Notes: generated by a model not told the origin, from the letters alone. DNA of 64,000 bases from Candidatus Pacearchaeota archaeon (GCA_018221305.1 JAAOYK010000056.1:26863-90862); one strand, 5' to 3'; numbered from the stretch's first letter, positions 1 to 8,297 are shown. Made by a program: numbers and translations.

Positions 1-363
1 AGAATAATGTGAAAATTTTACATCATCTTGAAAATAATCAAAACTATGTTCTGTAAAAAATCTTACATGTGTTGGGTCTCGATATGCTGCTTCATATTTG
101 TAGTATGGGGCACTAACAAAGATTTTTGCTCCAGGTTTGCAGATTCTGTGAATTTCTTCAAGTAATGGTATCAGGTTTGTAATGTGTTCTAATATGTGTT
201 CGCAAATCACTTCAGACACAGAATCTGTTTTTAATGGGATTGGGGTTTTTTCTAAATCCCAAAGAAGGTCGGCTTGTATTAATGGGGCTTTGTCTATATT
301 TATATGGTGTGGGTATCTTTTTTCTCCACAACCCAGATTTAGTTTTAAATCTTGACTTTGCAT
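1..363 (-). CDS. class I SAM-dependent methyltransferase (3'-truncated by window edge)
   Basis: Manual translation MQSQDLKLNLGCGEKRYP...EHILEHI...EIHRICKPGAKI...DPTH; NLGCG motif I; absent from ORF track because it runs off the window. Confidence 0.85.
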   Translation of the reverse strand, partial: MQSQDLKLNLGCGEKRYPHHINIDKAPLIQADLLWDLEKTPIPLKTDSVSEVICEHILEHITNLIPLLEEIHRICKPGAKIFVSAPYYKYEAAYRDPTHVRFFTEHSFDYFQDDVKFSHYS

Positions 364-550
364 GATATGCTAAATTCGGACTAGAATAAAGATATTGCCA
401 ATATTTTCCTTATGGGAGATATATTTGAATAGTGTGCATATTGTTTTTGAAAAACGAAACAATTTTTGTGATAATAAATTTTAAAAAATTAGAATTAAAA
501 ATAAAATTAAGAAAAAGAAAAGGGGTTTTGGATTAAAATGCTTCAATTTT

Positions 551-808
551 TTAGTCTTCTGTAAACATTGTGAAGCATTTCTCGTTGCAATATGGAGAAC
601 CGCCTGGACTTAAATAAAATCCATTATGTTGCTGCCCTTTGTACTTTCTTTTGGGATCTGAGCCTAACATTTGTCCATTACGATTCAAACCCATTTTTTG
701 TGCAGCTGTTTTGCTTATCTGTAGTCCAGCATCACAATATCCACATTGGGGTCTACTGTCCCCTATGCCTGTTTGTTTTTTGGCTTCTTGTTCTAAAGTC
801 GTTTTCAT
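551..808 (-). CDS. small zinc-finger-like hypothetical protein
   Basis: 85 aa, CxxC ... YCxxxC motifs; divergent from the PhoU-like regulator. Confidence 0.6.
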   Translation of the reverse strand: MKTTLEQEAKKQTGIGDSRPQCGYCDAGLQISKTAAQKMGLNRNGQMLGSDPKRKYKGQQHNGFYLSPGGSPYCNEKCFTMFTED

Positions 809-971
809 GAAAGTAGTAGTGCTGCCGCTTATTTATCCTTTACCCCTTGTGAATATATTTTACACTATGTTCACTAGTGTGTATATTGGGAAAGCTTTAA
901 ATATATTGTTTGTTTAATTATCTAATCAATATCTAACATGATTTGAATTTGTTTATACAAAATCTGGAATA

Positions 972-1964
972 ATGAAACGAAAAATTATTAAGCAAGGGCA
1001 TAATACTCTTACCATCACCTTACCTTCTGTTTGGACAAAGCGCTTTAACTTAGAGGCTGGTAAAGAGGTTGATTTGGTTGAACGTGATAATGGACTTTTT
1101 GTGACAACTGAAAAAGCTGATGAAGGTAGAAAAGCTGAATTTAACATAGAAAATATGGATATTGCTACGATTTGGAGATATTTTATGGCTGCGTATCGTG
1201 AAGGGTGTGATGAAATAACTATACATTTTAGGCCAAGTATGACTCTTGATAATCCTTACAAATTTTTTGCAGAACATAAGCTTGATTTAAAATATGGAAA
1301 AGAAAGAGAAAAAGAATCTCCTTTAGAATTTTTTCATTCCTTAGTTAATAGGTTTATTGGGTTTGAAATTGTTGATTATGGGCGGGATTATGTTGTTGTT
1401 AAAGAAATGTCTATTTCTACCTCGCGTGAATTTGATAATTCTTTAAGAAGAGTTTTTTTGCTTGCAGAACAAATGTTTGAAGAAACTTGTGAAGCATTAA
1501 AAATAAATGACCCCAAAATTTTGCAGCATTTGCATGACGTTGATATTAATTTGGACAAATTTCATGATTATTGTGTAAGAATTCTTAACAAAATTGGTAA
1601 TAAAGAGTCAAGAAAAATGTCTTTATTGTTTAGTACGCTTTGCTTTTTAGAGCTTATTGGTGATGAATTTAAGAACATTTCGCACCATTTATTGTATGAT
1701 TTCCCAAAAGCTGATTTTAAAAATATTGTGGAAATAGCTGATTCTATACATGAACAATTTATTCTTTATTATTCTTTATTTTATAAGTTTGACACTCAAA
1801 AGGTTCTTGAAATATCAAAAATTGATTCTGGACGATATTTTAATGTAAAAAAGGTCTATAAGAAGGCAAAAACTTCTGAAGAAAGAGAAATTTTTCATCA
1901 TTTGCGTGTTGTTGCAAAATATCTTAATGCTTTGGCAGAATTGCGTATTGAGATGGAATTTTAG
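972..1964 (+). CDS. AbrB/MazE-domain PhoU-family (phosphate uptake) regulator
   Basis: N-terminal RKIIKQGHNTLTITLPSVW AbrB motif followed by PhoU-like helical repeats (LELIGDEF). Confidence 0.85.
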   Translation: MKRKIIKQGHNTLTITLPSVWTKRFNLEAGKEVDLVERDNGLFVTTEKADEGRKAEFNIENMDIATIWRYFMAAYREGCDEITIHFRPSMTLDNPYKFFAEHKLDLKYGKEREKESPLEFFHSLVNRFIGFEIVDYGRDYVVVKEMSISTSREFDNSLRRVFLLAEQMFEETCEALKINDPKILQHLHDVDINLDKFHDYCVRILNKIGNKESRKMSLLFSTLCFLELIGDEFKNISHHLLYDFPKADFKNIVEIADSIHEQFILYYSLFYKFDTQKVLEISKIDSGRYFNVKKVYKKAKTSEEREIFHHLRVVAKYLNALAELRIEMEF

Positions 1965-2004
1965 TCATAGAAAATTTTAAAAGAAGCTTTTTCTAGATAT
2001 TTTT

Positions 2005-2916
2005 ATGATAGATTCTGAACTCAATAAGAAACTTATTAATTTAGATGCTGCAGTGATAAATGCTTTAAATTTGTTTATTGAACAAAAAGTGCCAGATCTT
2101 GACTTTAGTAGTTTTAAGCGGCCAATTGTTCTTGGAAGTGGAAATGCTGCTGTTACTGGGAGAATTTTAATGAATCATCATGATGCTGTTTTTGCTGATG
2201 AGTCTACTTATGAGGAAAAAATACGCAATTTTCAAGGTATTGATGGAGCAATACTTATTTCTGCTAGTGGTGAGAAACATTCACCGATCTTAGCTAGGAG
2301 ATTAAATGAACTGGGTTTACCTATAAAGTTTTTGACCACAAACCCAAATTCTTCTACAAACGGGTTTATTAAACCTGAGAACATGTTTGTATTTCCAAAA
2401 AATCCTGAAGCTTATACTTATAATACTTCTACATATATGGGCATGATGCTTGGTAAAACTAACGAAAATCCTAAACAAATCTTGGATTTTATTAGGGAGC
2501 AAATTGATCCCATAATCCCAGATGACTTGTCAAATTTTGATTCAATTTATATAATTGTTCCAGAAAAATTTGACCCTATTCGGGAAATGTTTTTAACTAA
2601 ATTTGATGAACTTTTTGGTTCAAAAATTTCTGGTAGGGTTTTTACAATGGAGCAGACAAGGCATGGAAAAACAGTTGTACCTAACGATGGTGAATTGTTT
2701 GTTGGGCTTGGTGTCGATAATTCTATTTTTGGGCAACATAAATTTAATATTCCCTTGCCGCCTGATGCAGGTTTTGCAACCATGATGGCTATTGGATATT
2801 ATTTTATTGGTCAGATTCAAAAACAAAACCCTCCTTATTTTAAGGAAAATATTGGTAGTTATGCTGAATTTGCAAGCAAATCTTTTGGTTCTAATATCAG
2901 TCCTGTTGTTGAATAA
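2005..2916 (+). CDS. SIS-domain sugar-phosphate isomerase-like protein
   Basis: VLGSGNA and LISASG SIS-type motifs. Confidence 0.65.
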   Translation: MIDSELNKKLINLDAAVINALNLFIEQKVPDLDFSSFKRPIVLGSGNAAVTGRILMNHHDAVFADESTYEEKIRNFQGIDGAILISASGEKHSPILARRLNELGLPIKFLTTNPNSSTNGFIKPENMFVFPKNPEAYTYNTSTYMGMMLGKTNENPKQILDFIREQIDPIIPDDLSNFDSIYIIVPEKFDPIREMFLTKFDELFGSKISGRVFTMEQTRHGKTVVPNDGELFVGLGVDNSIFGQHKFNIPLPPDAGFATMMAIGYYFIGQIQKQNPPYFKENIGSYAEFASKSFGSNISPVVE

Positions 2917-2995
2917 AAGCAAATATTTAAAAGAGATTTTAATTCTATATAATTGGTTAGCCCCTTAGTACAGTGTTTAACGTTTTGTGAACTCT

Positions 2996-3508
2996 TTATA
3001 CTCTGATAAAAGTAATTAATGCTAATATAAATAGGCTTATTGAGAATAGGGTTGCAAGAGATTGAATGATAATTGTTATTATTTTAAGTGTAAATAAACT
3101 CTTTCTCCATTTCTTATTTTTTATATCCCACTGGATGGTAAATTTAAATAAACTAATCCCTAAAACCAGGGAGAAAATAAAAGAAATATTATAAGTTATG
3201 AATGCCCTTTTAGTATTATCTACAAATATATTTAGATCAATAACTTTTTGAGAACACTCCTCTGTTGCTTGAATAATTTTGTTATCACATTGTTGATTAA
3301 GATCTGTTGTTAATTGTGTTTGGTTTTGGAGTTGAGGCAAACAAGCATTAAGTTCATTTGTTAATCTGCTTATTTCCGCCTTTTCATTTTGGCAGAACAT
3401 GCTTTGTAATGCCCCTATCATTGCAGCACCGATTACTAGTATTGCAAATATTGTGATTATTCCCCAAACTATTTGCATTGGATCATCAAATTGGCCTTTT
3501 TTATTCAT
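2996..3508 (-). CDS. membrane protein with class III (pilin-like) signal peptide
   Basis: MNKKGQ followed by hydrophobic stretch, coiled coil, two C-terminal TM helices. Confidence 0.7.
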   Translation of the reverse strand: MNKKGQFDDPMQIVWGIITIFAILVIGAAMIGALQSMFCQNEKAEISRLTNELNACLPQLQNQTQLTTDLNQQCDNKIIQATEECSQKVIDLNIFVDNTKRAFITYNISFIFSLVLGISLFKFTIQWDIKNKKWRKSLFTLKIITIIIQSLATLFSISLFILALITFIRV

Positions 3509-3589
3509 AAAATAAACAAACGCACTATTTTTATAAAGTTAATGTATTTAATATGTATAACCTAAAATGAAAAAAGAAACCCTCTAAAT

Positions 3590-4018
3590 ATGAACAATAA
3601 AGAAAAAATAAGGCTATTAGAAAAATATATTGAGAATTATCAAAATTTTAAATTACCTTTGGGTTTGGATAAAGAATTAAGTATATATTCAAATAGATTT
3701 GGGATAAAAAGTATTGAAGGAGCACTAAGTTATCTTGGTGAATTAAAAAGAGAAGAAAGAGATAAGGTAATAATTAATATTCAAAGAAAACAAACTGAAT
3801 TTAATCGCATATTGGCATTAGCAACTACTGTTTTAGCGTTAGGAGTTTTTATTGAATGGATTATCAAGTTGTTTGAAAATCCGGGCATGTTAATCGGAAG
3901 GAGTTCATTTACTGAATTTGTTTTGATAGGTCTTCCAATGGTAGTTATTGTTTTAATAACAATAGAATTGGTTCGAATCTATTATCTAAACGCAAATTGG
4001 AGGCGTGAGGTAAAATGA
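3590..4018 (+). CDS. hypothetical membrane protein
   Basis: 142 aa, two C-terminal TM segments. Confidence 0.7.
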   Translation: MNNKEKIRLLEKYIENYQNFKLPLGLDKELSIYSNRFGIKSIEGALSYLGELKREERDKVIINIQRKQTEFNRILALATTVLALGVFIEWIIKLFENPGMLIGRSSFTEFVLIGLPMVVIVLITIELVRIYYLNANWRREVK

Positions 4019-4092
4019 AGAAATACTTTAAAATTATCTTAGTAATTCTAAATAATAACTTTTAAAAACGTTACAGTGTTCACAAATTTACT

Positions 4093-4165
4093 AGCCCCTT
4101 AGTACAGTGGTCAAGTATCATCGGTTCTGGGCCGATGGACCCAGGTTCGAATCCTGGAGGGGCTA
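4093..4165 (+). tRNA. tRNA-Gln(CUG)
   Basis: Cloverleaf; AGCCCCT/AGGGGCT acceptor with A1-U72; anticodon loop TT-CTG-GG; GTTCGAATC T-loop. Confidence 0.97.
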
Positions 4166-4171
4166 TCTGGT

Positions 4172-4244
4172 GCCCCGATAGTGCAGCGGCCAAGCATCCA
4201 GCCTTCTCAAGGCTGTGACCCGGGTTCGAATCCCGGTCGGGGCA
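4172..4244 (+). tRNA. tRNA-Glu(CUC)
   Basis: GCCCCGA/TCGGGGC acceptor; CAGCC-TT-CTC-AA-GGCTG anticodon arm. Confidence 0.97.
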
Positions 4245-4364
4245 CTTTTTATCAAAGATAAAATATAGTAATAATAACAAGCCCATATGTAGAGGCTAAG
4301 AACTATTTCTTAGAGTATAGTACAAAACCTATTTATTTAAAAGATAAAAACAATTTCATCTGAA

Positions 4365-4841
4365 ATGATTGGCTACCCAATATATTTTAAAACAAATCCC
4401 CGAGCTTGGTGGATGTTTCGAAGCAATGATTGTATCCAGAGACCCTCGCGTTCTTCAGAGATATGGATTCCCTGGGATCGCAAGTTTCCGAAACACATAC
4501 AATTATATCCGATGGTAAAAGAAGATGCTATTTACTTTTTAGATAATCATTTCTCAAACATTAATTTTAATTGTTCTTCTTCAAGCATGATTATTGACTC
4601 CATAAAACCAGTTAAGTTCAAGATGAGGGTAGAAAAAAATCTTTCTTTAGAAGAAAAGTGTCGAACTGTGATGCATGAAACAATACACGGATTTTATAGG
4701 GTTCATGGTTCTTTATACGCAGAAGATGAAGATGAAAAAGCAATAGAGACAGAGGCTATTAGATTTTGTAATGCTGAAAGTGTATTTATCCAAGATTATG
4801 TAAACAATCTATTACAAAAAGCTAATTCTTCTCAAGATTAG
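4365..4841 (+). CDS. HExxH zinc metallopeptidase-like protein (ImmA/IrrE-like)
   Basis: CRTVMHETIHG followed by a downstream E (IETEA). Confidence 0.55.
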   Translation: MIGYPIYFKTNPRAWWMFRSNDCIQRPSRSSEIWIPWDRKFPKHIQLYPMVKEDAIYFLDNHFSNINFNCSSSSMIIDSIKPVKFKMRVEKNLSLEEKCRTVMHETIHGFYRVHGSLYAEDEDEKAIETEAIRFCNAESVFIQDYVNNLLQKANSSQD

Positions 4842-4930
4842 AACCAAAATCCATCACTCCCATCTCGACAATCTTTATAAATCAAAGCAGTCACAACACC
4901 CTAGCAAAATGTAGGTATTTTGTCATTACA

Positions 4931-5011
4931 AAAAATACCCCTGATTATCACATTTTACTGCAGTCTTCGGCAGGGGCATCTTACGGTTTTGACCATTTGA
5001 TGAGTGTTTTT
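4931..5011 (+). repeat. att-like site homologous to the tRNA-Glu(UUC) 3' end and to attR at 59.4 kb
   Basis: CGGCAGGGGCAT core at 4968-4979 flanked by imperfect inverted arms AAAAATACCCC (4931-4941) / TGAGTGTTTTT (5001-5011). Confidence 0.75.
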
Positions 5012-5033
5012 AGAATAATATGGTCTTATCTTT

Positions 5034-5309
5034 TTACTTTTCAATTTTTATAGCTTTTCCATGCACTATTGCATCGGCTATTTTCTTTCTTCCAGATTTT
5101 AAAACTCTTGATAAAGTAGATTGTGACACTTGCATTTCTTTTCCTGCTTCTTCTTGAGGAACTTCATTTAAATCAACCAACCGAATCGCTTCAAATTCAG
5201 GCATGGTTAAAACAGACTCTTTTAGTTCAGTCATTCTTATTCCAGAAGGTTTAAAATAAGAAGAATTAGGTCGACCTCTAATTCTTCTTCGTTTACATGG
5301 TCTTGACAT
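5034..5309 (-). CDS. DUF134 family DNA-binding protein
   Basis: MSRPCKRRRI...YFKPSG...EFEAIRLVD...QEEAGKEMQVSQSTLSRVL. Confidence 0.92.
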   Translation of the reverse strand: MSRPCKRRRIRGRPNSSYFKPSGIRMTELKESVLTMPEFEAIRLVDLNEVPQEEAGKEMQVSQSTLSRVLKSGRKKIADAIVHGKAIKIEK

Positions 5310-5311
5310 TT

Positions 5312-5485
5312 TTAATTGTCCAGTTGGTTTTGGAATCTATTGCCTCTGCCTCTACCAAGGCCTTTTCCGCAAGCGCCTCGCCCTTGTCCTCTTCCAGCAA
5401 TTGGTTTTGCTCCTTTGCAATCTCCCATTTGCCTTCCAGTTTTTGATCCTTTTCCTTCAGGGCCTGTTCCGTCTCTATTTGGCAT
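5312..5485 (-). CDS. DUF5320-like Gly/Arg-rich small protein
   Basis: Manual translation MPNRDGTGPEGKGSKTGRQMGDC...GRGRG (57 aa, below ORF cutoff); GGAGG SD; usual neighbour of DUF134. Confidence 0.85.
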   Translation of the reverse strand: MPNRDGTGPEGKGSKTGRQMGDCKGAKPIAGRGQGRGACGKGLGRGRGNRFQNQLDN

Positions 5486-5563
5486 TTTCTTTTTCCTCCA
5501 TTAAATTTAGTTACCTTCAAAAACTTTTATGGTTTTTGGAGGTCTGAAAATCTATTGATTTTC

Positions 5564-5622
5564 ATTATGAATATATATGCATAATACTATTTAAATGTTT
5601 CGTTTTGAATATATATTCATAA
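5564..5622 (-). promoter_or_regulatory. BRE-TATA promoter flanked by two palindromic operators
   Basis: ATTATGAATATATATGCATAAT (5564-5585) and TGAATATATATTCA (5606-5619) flank minus-strand CGAAACATTTAAATA. Confidence 0.7.
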
Positions 5623-5650
5623 TTATTTAGAAATATACTTATTCTCAAAT

Positions 5651-6064
5651 TTAAATCTTCAAAACAATCAACTTTGTGTTACCAAGATTTGTTCTTTTAA
5701 TAACTTCTCTTTGTTCTAATTCCATTAAAACCCTGGAAATTTTTACTTTATTTATTCCAGTTAGGGCAACAATCCTATTTTGTTCTAATGCATTATTATT
5801 TTTAATTAATACTTTTACAATTTTTCTTTGAATTTCTGGAAGAATTTTTAATACTTTTTCTAACTGCACCTTGTTTATCTTCCATTGAAATAACATTACA
5901 ACAAAACCTCCAATAATGATTGAAACAAAAGAGATAGCATACATTATCAGCGGGAGGGACTGATCAACTTCTTCTGTATAAATCCCATTAACAACTGCAA
6001 ACATTACTCCAAGTAAGAAAATTGCTACAAATCCTATGACCAACTTTTCTGATGATACTTCCAT
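5651..6064 (-). CDS. membrane-anchored winged-HTH protein
   Basis: Two TM helices then QNRIVALTGINKVKISRVLMELEQREVIKR wHTH. Confidence 0.8.
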   Translation of the reverse strand: MEVSSEKLVIGFVAIFLLGVMFAVVNGIYTEEVDQSLPLIMYAISFVSIIIGGFVVMLFQWKINKVQLEKVLKILPEIQRKIVKVLIKNNNALEQNRIVALTGINKVKISRVLMELEQREVIKRTNLGNTKLIVLKI

Positions 6065-6065
6065 T

Positions 6066-6302
6066 TTATTGGATTTCCTTTTTTAATTTCAAGAATTCTT
6101 TGTCAGTTATTTCTCCTTTTGCATATCTTTTCTTTACAATATCCATTGCAGTTTCTTTTGTCTTATTTCCTTTTAAAACCCAATACACAATTAAAATAAA
6201 AGCTATAAGTATTAGTAATTGGAATAACCATCCATAACCGTGTATTCCAAATATTCTTCCTATTCCCAGAGGTTTTCCTATTAATCTCTCACAGAGTGTC
6301 AT
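6066..6302 (-). CDS. SHOCT-domain membrane protein
   Basis: AMDIVKKRYAKGEITDKEF motif after a TM helix. Confidence 0.88.
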   Translation of the reverse strand: MTLCERLIGKPLGIGRIFGIHGYGWLFQLLILIAFILIVYWVLKGNKTKETAMDIVKKRYAKGEITDKEFLKLKKEIQ

Positions 6303-6393
6303 TTTTATCCTCCATTATATTTAATTTATTTAGTTTATAAAATGAACTAAGATAAAAAAATAAAAATAAATCTTCTTAGTCATTTATATTAGC

Positions 6394-6837
6394 TTAGTTA
6401 CCATATGGGCAAATTCCATTATTTCCTTGACCTCTTGAACCAGTTCCTTTTCTTGATCCCTTATTCATTTGGTTTCCCATTTTATGACCTGTTCCATCCC
6501 TTGAACCTTGTCCATTTCCAAGTCCAAGCTCAGCTCTAAGTTCTGCAGCTAATTCGAAATCACCGGATTCTGCTGCTTCGTGAGCTTCTACAAATGTTGC
6601 AAAATTGTCTACAGTTATTACATCAACAACTCTTGGATGTCTACCATTTTCAGTCATTAAAGCAACCCAAGCATCATAGTCTAGATTTTCAAATGCTGTT
6701 TCCATTGCTTCATGCCTATCCTCAGAATAATTAGGTCCTTTTACAGAATAATCTCCTTGATAAGCAAAGACCAAACTAACGCCTAAAAGAGCGATAACTC
6801 CTAAAGCTAAAATTCCTAGTGTTTGTTTGTTTTTCAT
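6394..6837 (-). CDS. secreted hypothetical protein with Gly-rich tail
   Basis: Signal peptide from MKNKQ (AGGAGG SD upstream); GNGQG-rich C-terminus. Confidence 0.75.
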   Translation of the reverse strand: MKNKQTLGILALGVIALLGVSLVFAYQGDYSVKGPNYSEDRHEAMETAFENLDYDAWVALMTENGRHPRVVDVITVDNFATFVEAHEAAESGDFELAAELRAELGLGNGQGSRDGTGHKMGNQMNKGSRKGTGSRGQGNNGICPYGN

Positions 6838-6897
6838 TTTTTTCTTGTACCTCCTTACAACTACACAGTTTCTGTGTTTTTCATACATTTCATAAGG

Positions 6898-6953
6898 TGA
6901 AACAAGGTATGTACTTTACTGAAACGAGTTAAGAAAAACATGAAACAAGTTAA
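6898..6953. promoter_or_regulatory. three phased 13-bp direct repeats TGAAACRAGKTAW
   Basis: Copies start at 6898, 6920 and 6941 (22/21-bp period), upstream of the minus-strand operon. Confidence 0.65.
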
Positions 6954-6983
6954 AGAAAAAGAGAAATAAGATAAAAAAATAAA

Positions 6984-7547
6984 TTATTTTGCATCCGGAT
7001 TGCATTTTTTATACCAATTACAATCCCAACATTTTAACCCGCTTTTAGATTTTGGACAATTAGGTCTTTTATTTAACGATCCAGCAATAAACCAACATTC
7101 TCTCCCAGAATTATATTTATATGCAGGACATTTCTCACGGACTTCTTTTGGACACTTTTCAAATTCTCAACAATTTTCTGATTCTCTAATATTATCTATT
7201 AATTTTTCTATTTCTAAATAGTGTTTTTTAATTATTTTTTTATCCCTAAAATCCTTTGAATAGTCTTTTAATGCAGAAATAACTTTTTTTAAATCATTTT
7301 TTGTTGGATCATCAAAATTTCCATCAACACCACTGAACACTTTTTTAATTAAAGCAATAACTTCAATTTTTTTAGTTGATTCTTTTTCTTCCTTTGAGAG
7401 ATTATCCATCCCCTCACGTTCATTGTCCAGGGCATTATTATGCGCTTTACTAAAACACCTAATAATCGCATCCCTTACATCTAATCCGCAAATAGTCTTA
7501 GAAATGTCTACCCCATAAATTTTATTACATTTTTTGTTGTCGTTCAT
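6984..7547 (-). pseudogene. two-CW-domain protein interrupted by an in-frame TGA (pseudogene or readthrough)
   Basis: ORF 7547-7167 ends ENC*; the frame stays open 60 codons: EFEKCPKEVREKCPAY...GRECWFIAG...CWDCNWY, matching NCWEF..C...CPAY..G..CW. Confidence 0.75.
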
Positions 7548-7767
7548 GGTGTTATCTTAGATAAGTTCCCTTATATATTTTTACTTATAATACGTTATCC
7601 TAATTCTGTCTCATATTTATAAAAAAATAAAAAATCTATTCAATAGGCTCCCTAGCTAAGAAAGCCCACCCCTGTTTCTTTGTTTTAATCACTTCTCCTC
7701 AATCAACTTCCCTAATATAATCATCCATTTAGGCTCTTTTTCTAGCAAAAAGTATAAGATAAAAAAA

Positions 7768-7815
7768 TTGTGTCCCCTGCGCATGCTATTGGAGCACGGT
7801 CGGCGGCAGGGTCTA
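7768..7815 (+). repeat. degenerate att-like site (third copy of the tRNA-Glu 3'-end motif)
   Basis: CCCCTG-N27-CAGGG geometry identical to 4938-4976; GTCGGCGGCAGGGTCT vs GTCTTCGGCAGGGGCA (12/16). Confidence 0.5.
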
Positions 7816-7883
7816 ATATCCTTATTCTGGAGTAGTAACATTATGGGAAGGTTTATAAGGGTGAAAATATGACCTAAAGTACA

Positions 7884-8177
7884 ATGTTATACAATAATCT
7901 AAGGGCTAACCTGTATGGGGTCATGGAATTAGTAGAACAGGGTGATACTGTTATGATTGATGTTAATGACGTAGGTGTTTCACCAATGGGTGTTGTAACT
8001 GAAAAAACACCGGATTATATCCAAACTGCTGTTAATGCAAATCCAAATACACGCAGGGTTGCATGGAAGGATTCTCCTGAAGAATGTGACTTTTCCACAA
8101 CTTCTTGTGGAAGAATTAAAGATATAACTATATTAACTCGAAGTCCTGAGAACATTTTACGAAAAAAGGCTCAATAA
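7884..8177 (+). CDS. hypothetical protein
   Basis: 97-aa ORF with TTTATAA box about 30 bp upstream. Confidence 0.6.
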   Translation: MLYNNLRANLYGVMELVEQGDTVMIDVNDVGVSPMGVVTEKTPDYIQTAVNANPNTRRVAWKDSPEECDFSTTSCGRIKDITILTRSPENILRKKAQ

Positions 8178-8297
8178 ATTGATAAATGGGTTTATCATAT
8201 ATTTTAGAATTATAAAATTTGCTAATAATCCTGATGATGTTTAATTATTATACTCTTTTATAAGTAACTTTAAATTCTCTGGTATTTTCTTCTTTTA

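Larger units (their letters stand above)
2958..4109. mobile_element. integrase-less cassette inserted at the 5' end of tRNA-Gln (18-bp direct repeats)
   Basis: TAGCCCCTTAGTACAGTG at 2958-2975 and 4092-4109; internal inverted repeats TTTGTGAAC (2984-2992) / GTTCACAAA (4078-4086). Confidence 0.75.

Noticed and set aside
4080-4286. 68-aa minus-strand ORF
   Set aside because: Antisense shadow of tRNA-Gln and tRNA-Glu.
5293-5520. 75-aa ORF from the track
   Set aside because: Alternative frame of the DUF5320-like gene (5312-5485), which has the SD and family motif.
7167-7169. Selenocysteine codon
   Set aside because: The position corresponds to Trp in the domain consensus; no SECIS-like element or Sec machinery is seen.
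7772-7814. HDV-like/theta ribozyme or mini-tRNA
   Set aside because: Could not build the nested double pseudoknot or a T-loop; retained only as a degenerate att-like site.
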